DNA of 64,000 nt from Euglena gracilis (Eukaryota): assembly GCA_039621445.1 (NCBI GenBank), contig CP154954.1:868001-932000 (forward strand). Reading direction: 5' to 3'. The notes beneath the pieces are model-generated. The model did no database searches. It had not been told where the DNA came from and saw only the letters and a program-made list of their open reading frames with translations. This document shows, piece after piece, positions 1 through 23,287 of this stretch (positions are counted from its first letter, which is position 1; each line of letters begins with the position of its first letter). The translations under genes were made by a program, and so were the position numbers.

Positions 1-3349
<3,349 letters not shown>

Positions 3350-3360
3350 TTAAGATATAA

Positions 3361-10458
<7,098 letters not shown>

Positions 10459-10475
10459 CTACACAAAATTAAAAA

Positions 10476-10548
10476 TGAGTTGGCTGGGATTCGAACCCAG
10501 GACCGATCGGTTAAAAGCCGAGTGCTCTACCAACTGAGCTACCAACTC
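10476..10548 (-). tRNA. trnK: tRNA-Lys(UUU)
   Basis: GAGTTGGTAGCTCAGTTGGTAGAGCA-CTCGG CT TTT AA CCGAT-...GGTTCGAATCCCAGCCAACTCA. Confidence 0.96.
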
Positions 10549-10595
10549 ACTTAAAGTTAAATAAATTATAAATGTAATTAGAACTTAAGTTTTAT

Positions 10596-11080
10596 TTAAT
10601 AAAAAGAATTACCACTTCGCATATATTGTAAATACGCCGTAAAAAACAAACCACAAATAGTTATTGGAATTAATCCTAAAATAATACCTGACAATTAAAG
10701 TAGATACATTATATCCAAGTCAAATGAAAAAATAATTTTTATCTCTCTAAAAACTAGGGAGGCCAAAATAAACAAACACCCAGCTTAAAAACTATTTCAA
10801 ATATAAACTTTTTAAGTCATAAAAAATTTTTCATTAAATATTAAAATTATTAATATAAAAATGTATTTTAAAGAATAAATAATAAAAATCTGTGAACGTT
10901 TTCGCAAAAACATTAACGCACAATACAAAAAATGAACATAATAATTTTCAAAGTTTTAATTATAGTTAAAGCTAAACATTATTTTAATAATAATACTTAA
11001 AAAATATAAATACTCTTTAAATAAAACAATAAGCAAATAAAACTTTGCGATAAATAGAACCACACAAGAGTTTCAACCAT
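10596..11080 (-). CDS. petG: Cytochrome b6/f subunit V, 2 exons with one ~370-nt group II intron
   Basis: Exon 1 ATG GTT GAA ACT CTT then GTGTG; exon 2 (~10596-10694) [32 protein letters not shown]; splice junction uncertain by 1-2 nt. Confidence 0.9.
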
Positions 11081-11149
11081 GGATAACTATAAAAATTTTA
11101 TTTTATCATCCAAAAAACTAAATATTTAAAAAACTTATAAAAAAGGGAA

Positions 11150-11222
11150 CGGGACTGACGGGACTCGAACCCGCAACTTCCGCCGTGACAGGGCGGTGCT
11201 CTAACCATTAAACTACAATCCC
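11150..11222 (-). tRNA. trnD: tRNA-Asp(GUC)
   Basis: GGGATTGTAGTTTAATGG...CCGCC CT GTC AC GGCGG...GGTTCGAGTCCCGTCAGTCCCG. Confidence 0.96.
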
Positions 11223-11296
11223 TAAAAATATTATATGATTATCAAATAATCATACAACAAGATTATTATTTATAATAATAAAAATTAAATATTAAA

Positions 11297-11458
11297 TTAT
11301 AAAGGTCCTTTATAAGGATCTTTATAAAAGACTTCCCTCATTAACTCGCCTGTATCATCATATGGGTTACGACCAGGATCGTTAGACAAAAGTCCAAAAA
11401 CAAATAATGAAACAAAAATTAAAATCAAAGCGTATACAAATACTTTTAATATCAACAT
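11297..11458 (-). CDS. psbI: Photosystem II protein I (53 aa, C-terminally extended)
   Basis: [32 protein letters not shown]... inside ORF 11297..11647; true ATG at 11458. Confidence 0.93.
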   Translation of the reverse strand: MLILKVFVYALILIFVSLFVFGLLSNDPGRNPYDDTGELMREVFYKDPYKGPL

Positions 11459-11727
11459 AAGAATAATAATAACATAATATATAAATAGTGACAAAAAAAC
11501 AGACTTCATTATAATAAAAATGTGAATTTTTATTAAAAAAAACATTACGCAAGTTTGTAGAAAGCTAACCATCATTATTATTATTCTGAAAAAAATTTTG
11601 TTAGTGCAAAAAAAAGTACAAAAATAAAATAATCTAAAGTAAAACATACAATAAAAGAGGTAAAAAATTCAAAAGGAATTATGTTTAAAATTTAATTTCT
11701 AGGAATACTTTAATCAACAAAATACAT

Positions 11728-12164
11728 ATGACACGAATCAAAAATAATGGTATAAGTAAAAAAAAGCGAAAAAGAAAAATATCAAAAATGAAAGGATGGG
11801 TTGGAGGACATTCGAAACTTTTTCGAACAGGAAATCAACAGTTAATGAAAGCTAGACACTATGCTATTGTTTTTTTTTTTTTTTTTTTTTTTTTTTGATT
11901 TTTTTTTTTTTTTTTTTTTTTTTGTTTATGACCGAAAAAAAAAAAAAAAAAAATCTAAATAAAACATTGTGGATAACAAGAATAAATGGTGGACTAAAAT
12001 ACTATCTAACCATAAATGAAAAATATAATATTTTCGTATCTTTTCTTAGAAAAACGAAAACCTATGTAAACAAAAAACTACTTTCTGAAATAAACGTTAG
12101 AGATTCTAAATCATTCAGTCATTTATCAAAACCTATTATGAAATCAACAGGAATTAACTTATGA
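11728..12164 (+). CDS. rpl20: Ribosomal protein L20, copy 1 (frame broken by a ~60-nt poly-T insert at ~11866-11925)
   Basis: MTRIKNNG...KGWVGGHSKLFR...LWITRIN; intact 124-aa copy at 63378..63752 lacks the poly-T. Confidence 0.9.
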
Positions 12165-12939
12165 AATCCAAAAAAAGGAAAAATTCTTACTATCGAACGA
12201 ATGGGTAATATGGTAATAAAAAAAACTACTTCCGGAAATAATGATAAAAAATTATTTTGTTGGTTTTTAAAACAAGTAAAAGGAAAATCTGCATTAAAAA
12301 TATTGAAATAAGATTATGACCAAGAAATAGCTAACCTAAGAAATTTCAAAATTACTGCAATAAAAGAAGACAAAAAAAAGTAAATTATTAAAAATTATAA
12401 AAAAGAAATTCATATTAGGCTTTTTCATATCCTGATTTTTTAGAATTAATATTGGGAAAAAAAAAGAAATAATATATCAAAAATTTTAAATAGCGAAGAA
12501 AATTACTTACGATTAAAACGTAAAAATAAAGAATATATTTTAATATTCTATTTATCATACAAAAAACGAGTAGGAAAAAATATACGTGCATAGATAAAAT
12601 ATGTATAATAATGTATCATACAAAACTATAAAAATAAAAATAATAAATACGTATTAGTAAAACATTTTAATGCATTGGGAAATTTGAAAAAATAAAGAAA
12701 TTAAAACTAATAACTAAATCAAACATAACCTATGTAATAGTAAAAATTTATGATGAAAAAAAGAATTCTTTTTAGAATATAAATATAAATATAAAAAAGT
12801 AAATTTATAAATTGTTATTTCGAAAGAAAACCTACGCACATAACAAAAAGATGATTAAAAAAAAAAAACGCAAGAAAAAATAGATAAAAATATTTTAAAG
12901 CAAAATAAATATTACCCTAAAATAGAATAAAAAACTAAA

Positions 12940-13318
12940 ATGCCTACAATAGAACAATTAACACGCTCACCGAGAAAAAAAAATAAAACGAAAAACTAAA
13001 TCACCAGCATTAAAAGGATGCCCGCAAAAACGCGCAATATGCATGCGGGTTTACACAACAACACCAAAAAAACCAAATTCCGCCTTGCGCAAAGTAACAA
13101 GGGTAAGACTTTCTTCAGGGTTAGAAGTTACAGCTTATATACCAGGAATAGGGCATAATTTACAAGAACATTCAGTAGTCCTTATCAGAGGTGGAAGAGT
13201 TAAAGATTTACCAGGAGTAAAGTACCACGTAATACGTGGATGTTTAGACGCAGCAAGTGTAAAAAATCGCAAAAATGCAAGATCTAAATACGGTGTAAAA
13301 AAACCAAAACCCAAATAA
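12940..13318 (+). CDS. rps12: Ribosomal protein S12 (one extra A in the run at ~12975-12983 shifts the frame)
   Basis: [14 protein letters not shown], then [32 protein letters not shown]...; span is 379 nt = 378+1. Confidence 0.95.
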
Positions 13319-13395
13319 AACCAACCCAAATTAACTAAAATAAAACACTAAAGTTGAAAAAGAAATTTAGAAAAATAGAAATTTAACTTATATAT

Positions 13396-13866
13396 ATGTC
13401 TCGAAGAAGAAGAGCAAAAAAAAGAATAATATCACAAGATCCTATCTATAACAGTACTTTAGCAAGTAAAGTAATTAATAAAATATTATTGAATGGAAAA
13501 AAAACTCTAGCTCAGTATATTTTTTATGAAACAATGAAAAATATACAGGAAATTTATAAAAAAGACCCCTTAGACATTCTAAGAAAAGCGATAAAAAACG
13601 CATCTCCACAAATGGAAACAAGAAAGCGTCGTATCGGAAGAACAATATATCAAGTTCCTGTAGAAGTAAAAGAAGATCGTGGAACTAGCTTAGCATTAAA
13701 ATTAATAATAGAAAAAGCTAGAGAAAGAAAAGGAAGAGAAATATCCACAAAACTAAAAAATGAAATAATTGATGCATCGAATAACACAAATAAAAAAAAA
13801 AAAAAAAAAGAGGAGATACATAAAACAGCTGAAGCAAATAAAGCATTCTCAAATATGAAATTTTAA
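13396..13866 (+). CDS. rps7: Ribosomal protein S7
   Basis: MSRRRRAKKR...YQVPVEV...AEANKAF; lies in the rps12-rps7-tufA cluster. Confidence 0.96.
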   Translation: MSRRRRAKKRIISQDPIYNSTLASKVINKILLNGKKTLAQYIFYETMKNIQEIYKKDPLDILRKAIKNASPQMETRKRRIGRTIYQVPVEVKEDRGTSLALKLIIEKARERKGREISTKLKNEIIDASNNTNKKKKKKEEIHKTAEANKAFSNMKF

Positions 13867-14036
13867 TATATATAAATTTTTTAAGCGTTAAAAAAAATAA
13901 AAAATAAAATTTGACCAAAATCTTTCTAATAAAATGAGTTAATTAAATATTTTAAATAAAATAAAAATTTTATTAATTTTAAGATAATAAAATTTTTTCA
14001 AAAAAAAAGTTTCATAAAAGAAAACAAAAAATAAAA

Positions 14037-15479
14037 ATGGCTCGTCAGAAATTTGAAAGAACTAAGCCACATATTAACATAGGCACAATTGGACATGTTG
14101 ACCATGGAAAAACTACTTTAACAGCGGCAATAACTATGGCTCTAGCTGCAACAGGAAATTCAAAAGCCAAAAGATATGAAGATATTGATTCAGCTCCAGA
14201 AGAAAAAGCCCGAGGAATAACTATAAATACAGCACATGTAGAATATGAAACAAAAAATCGACATTATGCACATGTAGATTGCCCAGGGCATGCGGATTAT
14301 GTAAAAAATATGATAACAGGAGCTGCTCAAATGGATGGAGCGATACTAGTCGTTTCGGCGGCGGATGGACCAATGCCACAAACTAAAGAACATATTCTTT
14401 TAGCAAAACAAGTAGGAGTACCTAACATCGTTGTTTTTTTAAATAAAGAAGACCAAGTAGAATAAGCTTAAAAATTAAAAACCTTCACTAAAAGAGAAAC
14501 TTAAAAAACATATAAAAAATAAAATTAATTTTAAAATTAAATGAAGAAAATATTCCATCAAAAACGATAGTGAACTATTAGAATTAGTTGAATTAGAAAT
14601 TCGAGAAACTCTAAGTAATTACGAGTTTCCAGGAGACGATATTCCTGTTATACCTGGATCAGCCCTATTATCTGTTGAAGCATTAACAAAAAATCCTAAA
14701 ATTACTAAAGGAGAAAACAAGTGGGTGGATAAAATATTAAACTTAATGGATCAAGTAGATTCTTATATACCTACACCTACAAGAGATACAGAAAAAGATT
14801 TCCTTATGGCTATTGAAGACGTTTTATCAATTACAGGAAGAGGAACTGTAGCAACAGGACGTGTGGAACGTGGAACAATAAAAGTAGGTGAGACAGTAGA
14901 ACTTGTAGGATTAAAAGACACACGTTCCACAACAATAACAGGACTAGAAATGTTTCAAAAAAGTTTAGATGAAGCTCTTGCAGGAGACAACGTTGGAGTT
15001 TTATTAAGAGGTATACAAAAAAATGATGTTGAACGAGGAATGGTATTAGCAAAACCAAGAACAATAAATCCACATACAAAATTTGATTCCCAAGTATACA
15101 TTCTTACTAAAGAAGAGGGGGGAAGACATACACCTTTTTTTGAAGGATATAGACCACAGTTTTATGTACGTACAACAGATGTAACTGGAAAAATCGAATC
15201 ATTTAGATCAGACAATGATAATCCTGCGCAAATGGTAATGCCTGGGGATAGAATAAAAATGAAAGTAGAATTAATACAACCCATTGCAATAGAAGTGTCG
15301 TTTAATAAAATAAAATAAAATAAAATAAAATAAAATAAAATAAAATAAAATAAAATAAAATAAAAACTTTCGTTTAAATTATATCAAATAAAACATATTG
15401 GAAAAAAGGTATGAGATTTGCAATTAGAGAAGGTGGTAGAACTGTGGGTGCCGGCGTTGTTTTATCAATAATACAATAA
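14037..15479 (+). CDS. tufA: Elongation factor Tu, 3 exons; group III introns ~14462-14564 (103 nt) and ~15295-15404 (110 nt)
   Basis: [13 protein letters not shown] and NKED motifs; removing both introns restores [18 protein letters not shown] and [22 protein letters not shown]...IIQ*. Confidence 0.97.
15306..15365 (+). repeat. (TAAAA)12 microsatellite in the second tufA coding intron
   Basis: Twelve perfect TAAAA units read directly. Confidence 0.95.
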
Positions 15480-15486
15480 TTAATTT

Positions 15487-16405
15487 ATGAATCTAAGAGA
15501 TATAAATAATATGACACTTTCAAAAAATGAAAATATAAAAGCAAAACAAAAACAAATAAACCTCCCAAAAATATTGCGTCAAGAAATAAAAGAAAATAAT
15601 AAAATAATAAAATGGTTTTATAATATTGTAATGTTATTAGGAGGAATCGGATTTTTAATAGTAGGAATATCAAGTTATATAGGAAATAATCTAATATATT
15701 TTTTAGACGCAAGCGAAATAATATTTTTTCCTCAAGGAATAACAATGTGTTTTTATGGTACTTGCGGAATTTTATTTAGTATAAATCAAATAAGTATAAT
15801 TTTAAACGGAGTTGGCGAAGGTTATAACGAATTCAACAAAGAGTTAAATTTAATGACAATTTACCGAAAGGGTAAACAAGGAAAAAATTCTGATATAAAT
15901 ATAACGTATTCACTTAAAGACATAGTAAAAGAATGAGATAACTGCAATTAATATACGTCTCAATAAAATATATAAGTAATTAACTAAAAAAATATAATTA
16001 TAAATATAAACCAAGAATCAAAAGTATTACAAACATTTTAATATGTCAAAAATAGAATAAAAAATAAATCATTAAAATATAAAATTTAATAAAAAATAAA
16101 AATATTATTGCATAATCATTAAACTTAAAAATTCGAAAAGAAAATTTAAAAAGAGTCAAAAAAACGAGCTGTCTGCAAAAAGCACATACAGTTCAAAAAA
16201 AAGTTTAAAAAATTATTTTAATGAAGGAATTAGAATTGAAATAAAAAATGAGTACTTTAATGTAAAACAAAATGTTTTTTTGCGTATTAAAGATAAAAAT
16301 GATCTTCCAATAATACAATTATCAAATCCAATAAAAATAAGTGATTTAGAAAAACAAGCAAGTGAAATAGCATCATTTTTAAATGTGCCAATAAAAGGGT
16401 ATTAA
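15487..16405 (+). CDS. ycf4: PSI assembly protein Ycf4, 2 exons, group II intron ~15925-16222
   Basis: GGIGFLIVGISSY, FFPQGITMCFYG; exon 2 EGIRIEIKNEY...LEKQASEIASFLNVPIKGY*; domain V-like GAGCTGTCTGCAAAAAGCACATACAGTTC at ~16166. Confidence 0.92.
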
Positions 16406-16407
16406 AA

Positions 16408-16440
16408 AGTTGAAAACTAAAAATTCGATAGTTTTCAACT
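16408..16440 (+). terminator. 12-bp stem-loop just after ycf4 (3' end or processing signal)
   Basis: AGTTGAAAACTA-9 nt-TAGTTTTCAACT perfect inverted repeat 2 nt after the stop; function inferred. Confidence 0.6.
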
Positions 16441-16468
16441 AAAATTCTTTATACATAAATACAAAGTT

Positions 16469-16540
16469 TGAGGCGTAGCCAAGTGGTAAGGCAACGGGTT
16501 TTGGCCCTGTCATTCGGAGGTTCGAATCCTCCCGCCTCAG
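16469..16540 (+). tRNA. trnQ: tRNA-Gln(UUG)
   Basis: TGAGGCGTAGCCAAGTGGTAAGGC...TT TTG GC...GGTTCGAATCCTCCCGCCTCAG. Confidence 0.95.
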
Positions 16541-16554
16541 GAAAATAAAATATT

Positions 16555-16640
16555 GGAGAAGTGTCTGAGTGGTCGAAAGAGCTCGATTGCTAATCGAGTG
16601 TGTCTAATAAACACCGAGGGTTCAAATCCCTTCTTCTCCT
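16555..16640 (+). tRNA. trnS: tRNA-Ser(GCU)
   Basis: CTCGA TT GCT AA TCGAG anticodon arm, long variable arm, GGTTCAAATCC. Confidence 0.95.
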
Positions 16641-16815
16641 TTTTTATTAAGAACTCTTTGAATCTATAAATATATCTGCAAAATGAAATATTTTACACAA
16701 TGATTTTAATTTTAAATATGAACAAACAGTAAATTAATAAAATACTAAGAAAGTATTATATTAAAAATAAAGAAATTTATAAAATTTATTTATTTGAAAT
16801 ATGCAAAAATTGATG

Positions 16816-16889
16816 TAGCGGAGAAAGGATTTGAACCTCTGACTTCAGGATTATGAGCCCTGCGAGCTACCTGACTGCTCTACTCCGCC
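16816..16889 (-). tRNA. trnM: tRNA-Met(CAU), probably initiator
   Basis: GGCGGAGTAGAGCAGTCAGGTAGCTCG CAGGG CT CAT AA TCCTG...GGTTCAAATCC; fMet-like D arm and anticodon stem. Confidence 0.92.
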
Positions 16890-16901
16890 CTAAAATCTAT
16901 A

Positions 16902-16973
16902 AGCAGATAATGGGACTCGAACCCATGGCATCAACCTTGGCAAGGTTGCGCTCTACCACTGAGCTACATCTGC
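16902..16973 (-). tRNA. trnG: tRNA-Gly(GCC)
   Basis: CAACC TT GCC AA GGTTG anticodon arm; GGTTCGAGTCC. Confidence 0.95.
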
Positions 16974-16978
16974 ACACA

Positions 16979-17050
16979 AGCCTTTTGTCGGATTCGAACC
17001 GACGACCACCGCATTACAAATACAATGCTCTACCACTGAGCTAAAAAGGC
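16979..17050 (-). tRNA. trnT: tRNA-Thr(UGU)
   Basis: GCCTTTTTAGCTCAGTGGTAGAGC...TT TGT AA...GGTTCGAATCCGACAAAAGGCT. Confidence 0.94.
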
Positions 17051-17145
17051 ATCATTATTAATATAATAATGATAGGAACTTAATTTTACTCATTATAATT
17101 ATTTTGTCAAAACAACAAACTCAAAAATAAATATGGGAAAATAAA

Positions 17146-17619
17146 ATGTCTTTTATAACTTTAAACAATTTTTTTAACTTGCGATTAAAAAGAACTAACA
17201 TAAGAACTCTAAAAACAAAAAAATTAAAAAATAAAATAATAATAATTTTGCTTTAAAATTCAGGAAAAACATTAAATCCGACCACTAACACTTTTTTTGG
17301 CTTATTACCAGAACAATATGCTCCATTCGACCCACTAATTGATGTTGAGATTAGAAAAAAATAAAAAATAAAAGTAAAAATGAAATAAAAGTGAGAATAA
17401 AATAAAAAATATTACAGTAAAAATATAAATGTCTAAAAAAATAAACTCTAAAATAAACGAATTAATACAATCTAAAGTAAAAAAATTTTTTTATTTTATT
17501 TCCAAATATAAAAATTTATCTTGATTAAGAAAAAGTTCCTATTTGTAATCCTTCCTATTATACCTGTTTTATTCTTTCTACTAGCATTTGTATGGCAGGC
17601 TTCAGTAAAATTTAGATAA
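17146..17619 (+). CDS. psbK: Photosystem II protein K, 3 exons; introns 17179-17283 (105 nt, group III) and 17345-17548 (204 nt, group III twintron)
   Basis: Spliced [54 protein letters not shown]; introns begin TTGCG and TTGAG (NUNNG). Confidence 0.92.
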
Positions 17620-17666
17620 TTAAAAAGAAAATTAAGTGAAAAATATAAATTATTAAAAATAAAAAC

Positions 17667-17875
17667 ATGAATTCAGATGAGAAAAATATCGTAGAAAATA
17701 CTGTAATAGTTTAGGACAATACTTTAAAATACATAAATATTTAAAATAATATTATTAATATAAGATTAATGATAAATCTAAAAAACTTTTGATACAATTA
17801 GGATCGTTAACTTTAATAACTTTAACTGGACCACTAATTATAGGAATAATTTTCATTCGTAAAGGAAATTTATAA
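17667..17875 (+). CDS. ycf12: Ycf12/Psb30, 2 exons, group III intron 17677-17783 (107 nt)
   Basis: Spliced MNSELLIQLGSLTLITLTGPLIIGIIFIRKGNL*; intron begins ATGAG. Confidence 0.9.
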
Positions 17876-17904
17876 TTTTATCTAATAGCACCTAAAAATT
17901 TTAA

Positions 17905-18033
<129 letters not shown>

Positions 18034-18088
18034 AAAGTATAAATTTATTATTAGTAATAAATTTATCTAAAAAACAAAAATATATATA

Positions 18089-18160
18089 GTCACAGTCGCC
18101 TAATGGACGGGCATCAACCTTCTAAGTTGTTTTGTGTAGGTTCGAATCCTATCTGTGACA
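18089..18160 (+). tRNA. trnR: tRNA-Arg(UCU)
   Basis: GTCACAG/CTGTGAC acceptor stem; TCAAC CT TCT AA GTTGT; GGTTCGAATCC. Confidence 0.9.
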
Positions 18161-20095
18161 ATCCGAAAAAAAATAAGATAATATTTAGATCAAGTAGTTC
18201 CTTAAAATTCTGGAATAATTTACATTTATGAAACTTCTACAAAAAAAATAAATGACCTTAAAATATAAAACAAGAGAGTAAGAAAAAAGCTAATTAAAAA
18301 ATAATTTACATTTAGAAACATTTAGAAAATCTTCCCTAACGTATCTTCTTTTTCTTTAAACAAACATAAAAACTAAAACAAAATTTTTAGCTGAACACAT
18401 AATAATTTCATTATTAAAAGTAAATTTTAATAAAAATCTTTATTTACCTCAAATAATGGAATGATTTCAACTTTAACAAAATTTGTAGTTTTGTAGTAAA
18501 TTATTTACGCGTTAAACATTCTTTAAAAGGGAATATACAAAAAAAATGATATCGGTTTTATATGTTTTCTAATTTACATACTATAAAAATTTTAATGTAA
18601 CGTTTTGTTAAATGTTATATTTTATTGTAATAAATTTGGGAAAATTAATTAACTTTTTAGACACCCTAAGATAATAACATATGTTCAAAAAATTCTATTT
18701 CGTTTGTTCTTTCGTAAAAAAAACTTCTAATTCTTCTAATTATGGTACTTCGTATTTCAATAAATCCTCTCTTATTTGCCATTTATCTCTTGATTTTTCC
18801 GAAAATTTAGAAAAATATTGATTGCCATAGGATGAATTCTTTTTTGGACACTTCTCTACGTTATTGTTATTCCAAATTCTAAGATCAGGGTTTTAACAGA
18901 ATTAATTTCACGTAATTCAAGTTTAAATCAAAAGCCACTGGATGAACTACAGAAAATTAACTAGGATCTTCCAGAAATTCAAGAAAAGTATGTATACCAA
19001 GCTCCTATTGGTAAAAAAGGCAAGCATTAAAAAAAGTTATTAATATCGCTACAAACGTAAATCCAGAAGCATTAAGTGAAATCATAAAAAAGAATACTTG
19101 GAAAAATTATCTAAAGTAGTTTCCTTCAATATTAAAATACCGATCCAAGAATTGTAATTTTTACATTTAGTTTCATAGTAAGTTGTGTTATTTGTTGGAG
19201 TTCATGGACATTCGCTGTACTAGGACTGAGTATTAGAGTTTTAATAAGTTTTTAATGGAAGTACAACATGCATAAATTTTATTTGTTACAAAACTAAAAG
19301 ATGTTAAAAAATATAGATGCTCTTACGAATACTGCATTTTATATTCTTTTAAACTTCAATTTTAATAACTATCAAATTGCTCAAAAAATAAATGAGATTA
19401 TTTAGATTGTGAGATATGAATCTATTAAATTCAATCAAATACTTGAATTGTGTAACAACACACTACAAACATTAGTTAAGTCAGTTGAATAGATTAGAGT
19501 TCGTCCATTAAACTTCTAATTTTAAGAGTTTTTATTAAATATTTTATTTTAAAAATCTACTTAAAAACTAATTGACAAAATATTTTTTGAAATCTAAAAA
19601 AATTACTAAATTTAAGATCAATAATAAAATAACTTAAATTAATTAAGTTAATTGTTAAATATTTATTTGTATAATAAGAATTTTTATCAAAGAAATTCTT
19701 CTGACTACTGTTTTTTATGAATTTTATTTCATATATGTTTTATATCAACAAAGTAAATAAAAATAAACCATAACAATTTTTGAGGGTAATTTCTAATATC
19801 ATCAATCTTGATACGAATTCATTTTAAAAGAAATTAAAAAAACTGAAGTAGTAAAAAATATAAAATAAGAAAAAAATTATGTACTTCAATTGGTTAAATA
19901 TTTTTAAAATCGAAAGAAATTTAATATAATTTTCAAAAAAAGAAAAACAATCTAAAAAAAAGCTTTTTACCAAATAATTCGATTTTTATTATTAAAAACG
20001 TTACATTATTTAATTAAAAATCTACTTACTAAAAAATAATTAACAAAACAAAAAATATACTTGTTAGTAAAAAAGATAAAAACAAGCATATAAAA

Positions 20096-23061
<2,966 letters not shown>

Positions 23062-23147
23062 CAATAAATTAATTAAATTAATCTCCCAGTCGCAAACGCG
23101 ACTGTTGATAAAATTATAACATAAAAAATTAAATATTTTATTATATA

Positions 23148-23229
23148 TACCTTCGACCGGAGTTGAACCGGTACGCTTTATAAGCACATGATTTTAAGTC
23201 ATGAGTGTCTACCATTTCACCACGAAGGC
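23148..23229 (-). tRNA. trnL: tRNA-Leu(UAA), intronless
   Basis: CATGA CT TAA AA TCATG anticodon arm, long variable arm, GGTTCAACTCC. Confidence 0.93.
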
Positions 23230-23287
23230 ATTTAAAACACACAAATTAAATATAAATTATTTTTAACTTATATTTAAATTACAAAAT

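Noticed and set aside
12161..12939. Possible ORF starting at the ATG overlapping the rpl20 stop
   Set aside because: Closes after 15 codons in both copies; the rest of the spacer shows no recognisable protein
12960..12990. Programmed frameshifts or pseudogenes in rps12, psbL (44122), rpl22 (47910) and ycf13 (28620)
   Set aside because: All are 1-nt homopolymer indels, and where a duplicate copy exists it is intact
16853..17044. 63-aa ORF
   Set aside because: Antisense to the trnM-trnG-trnT cluster
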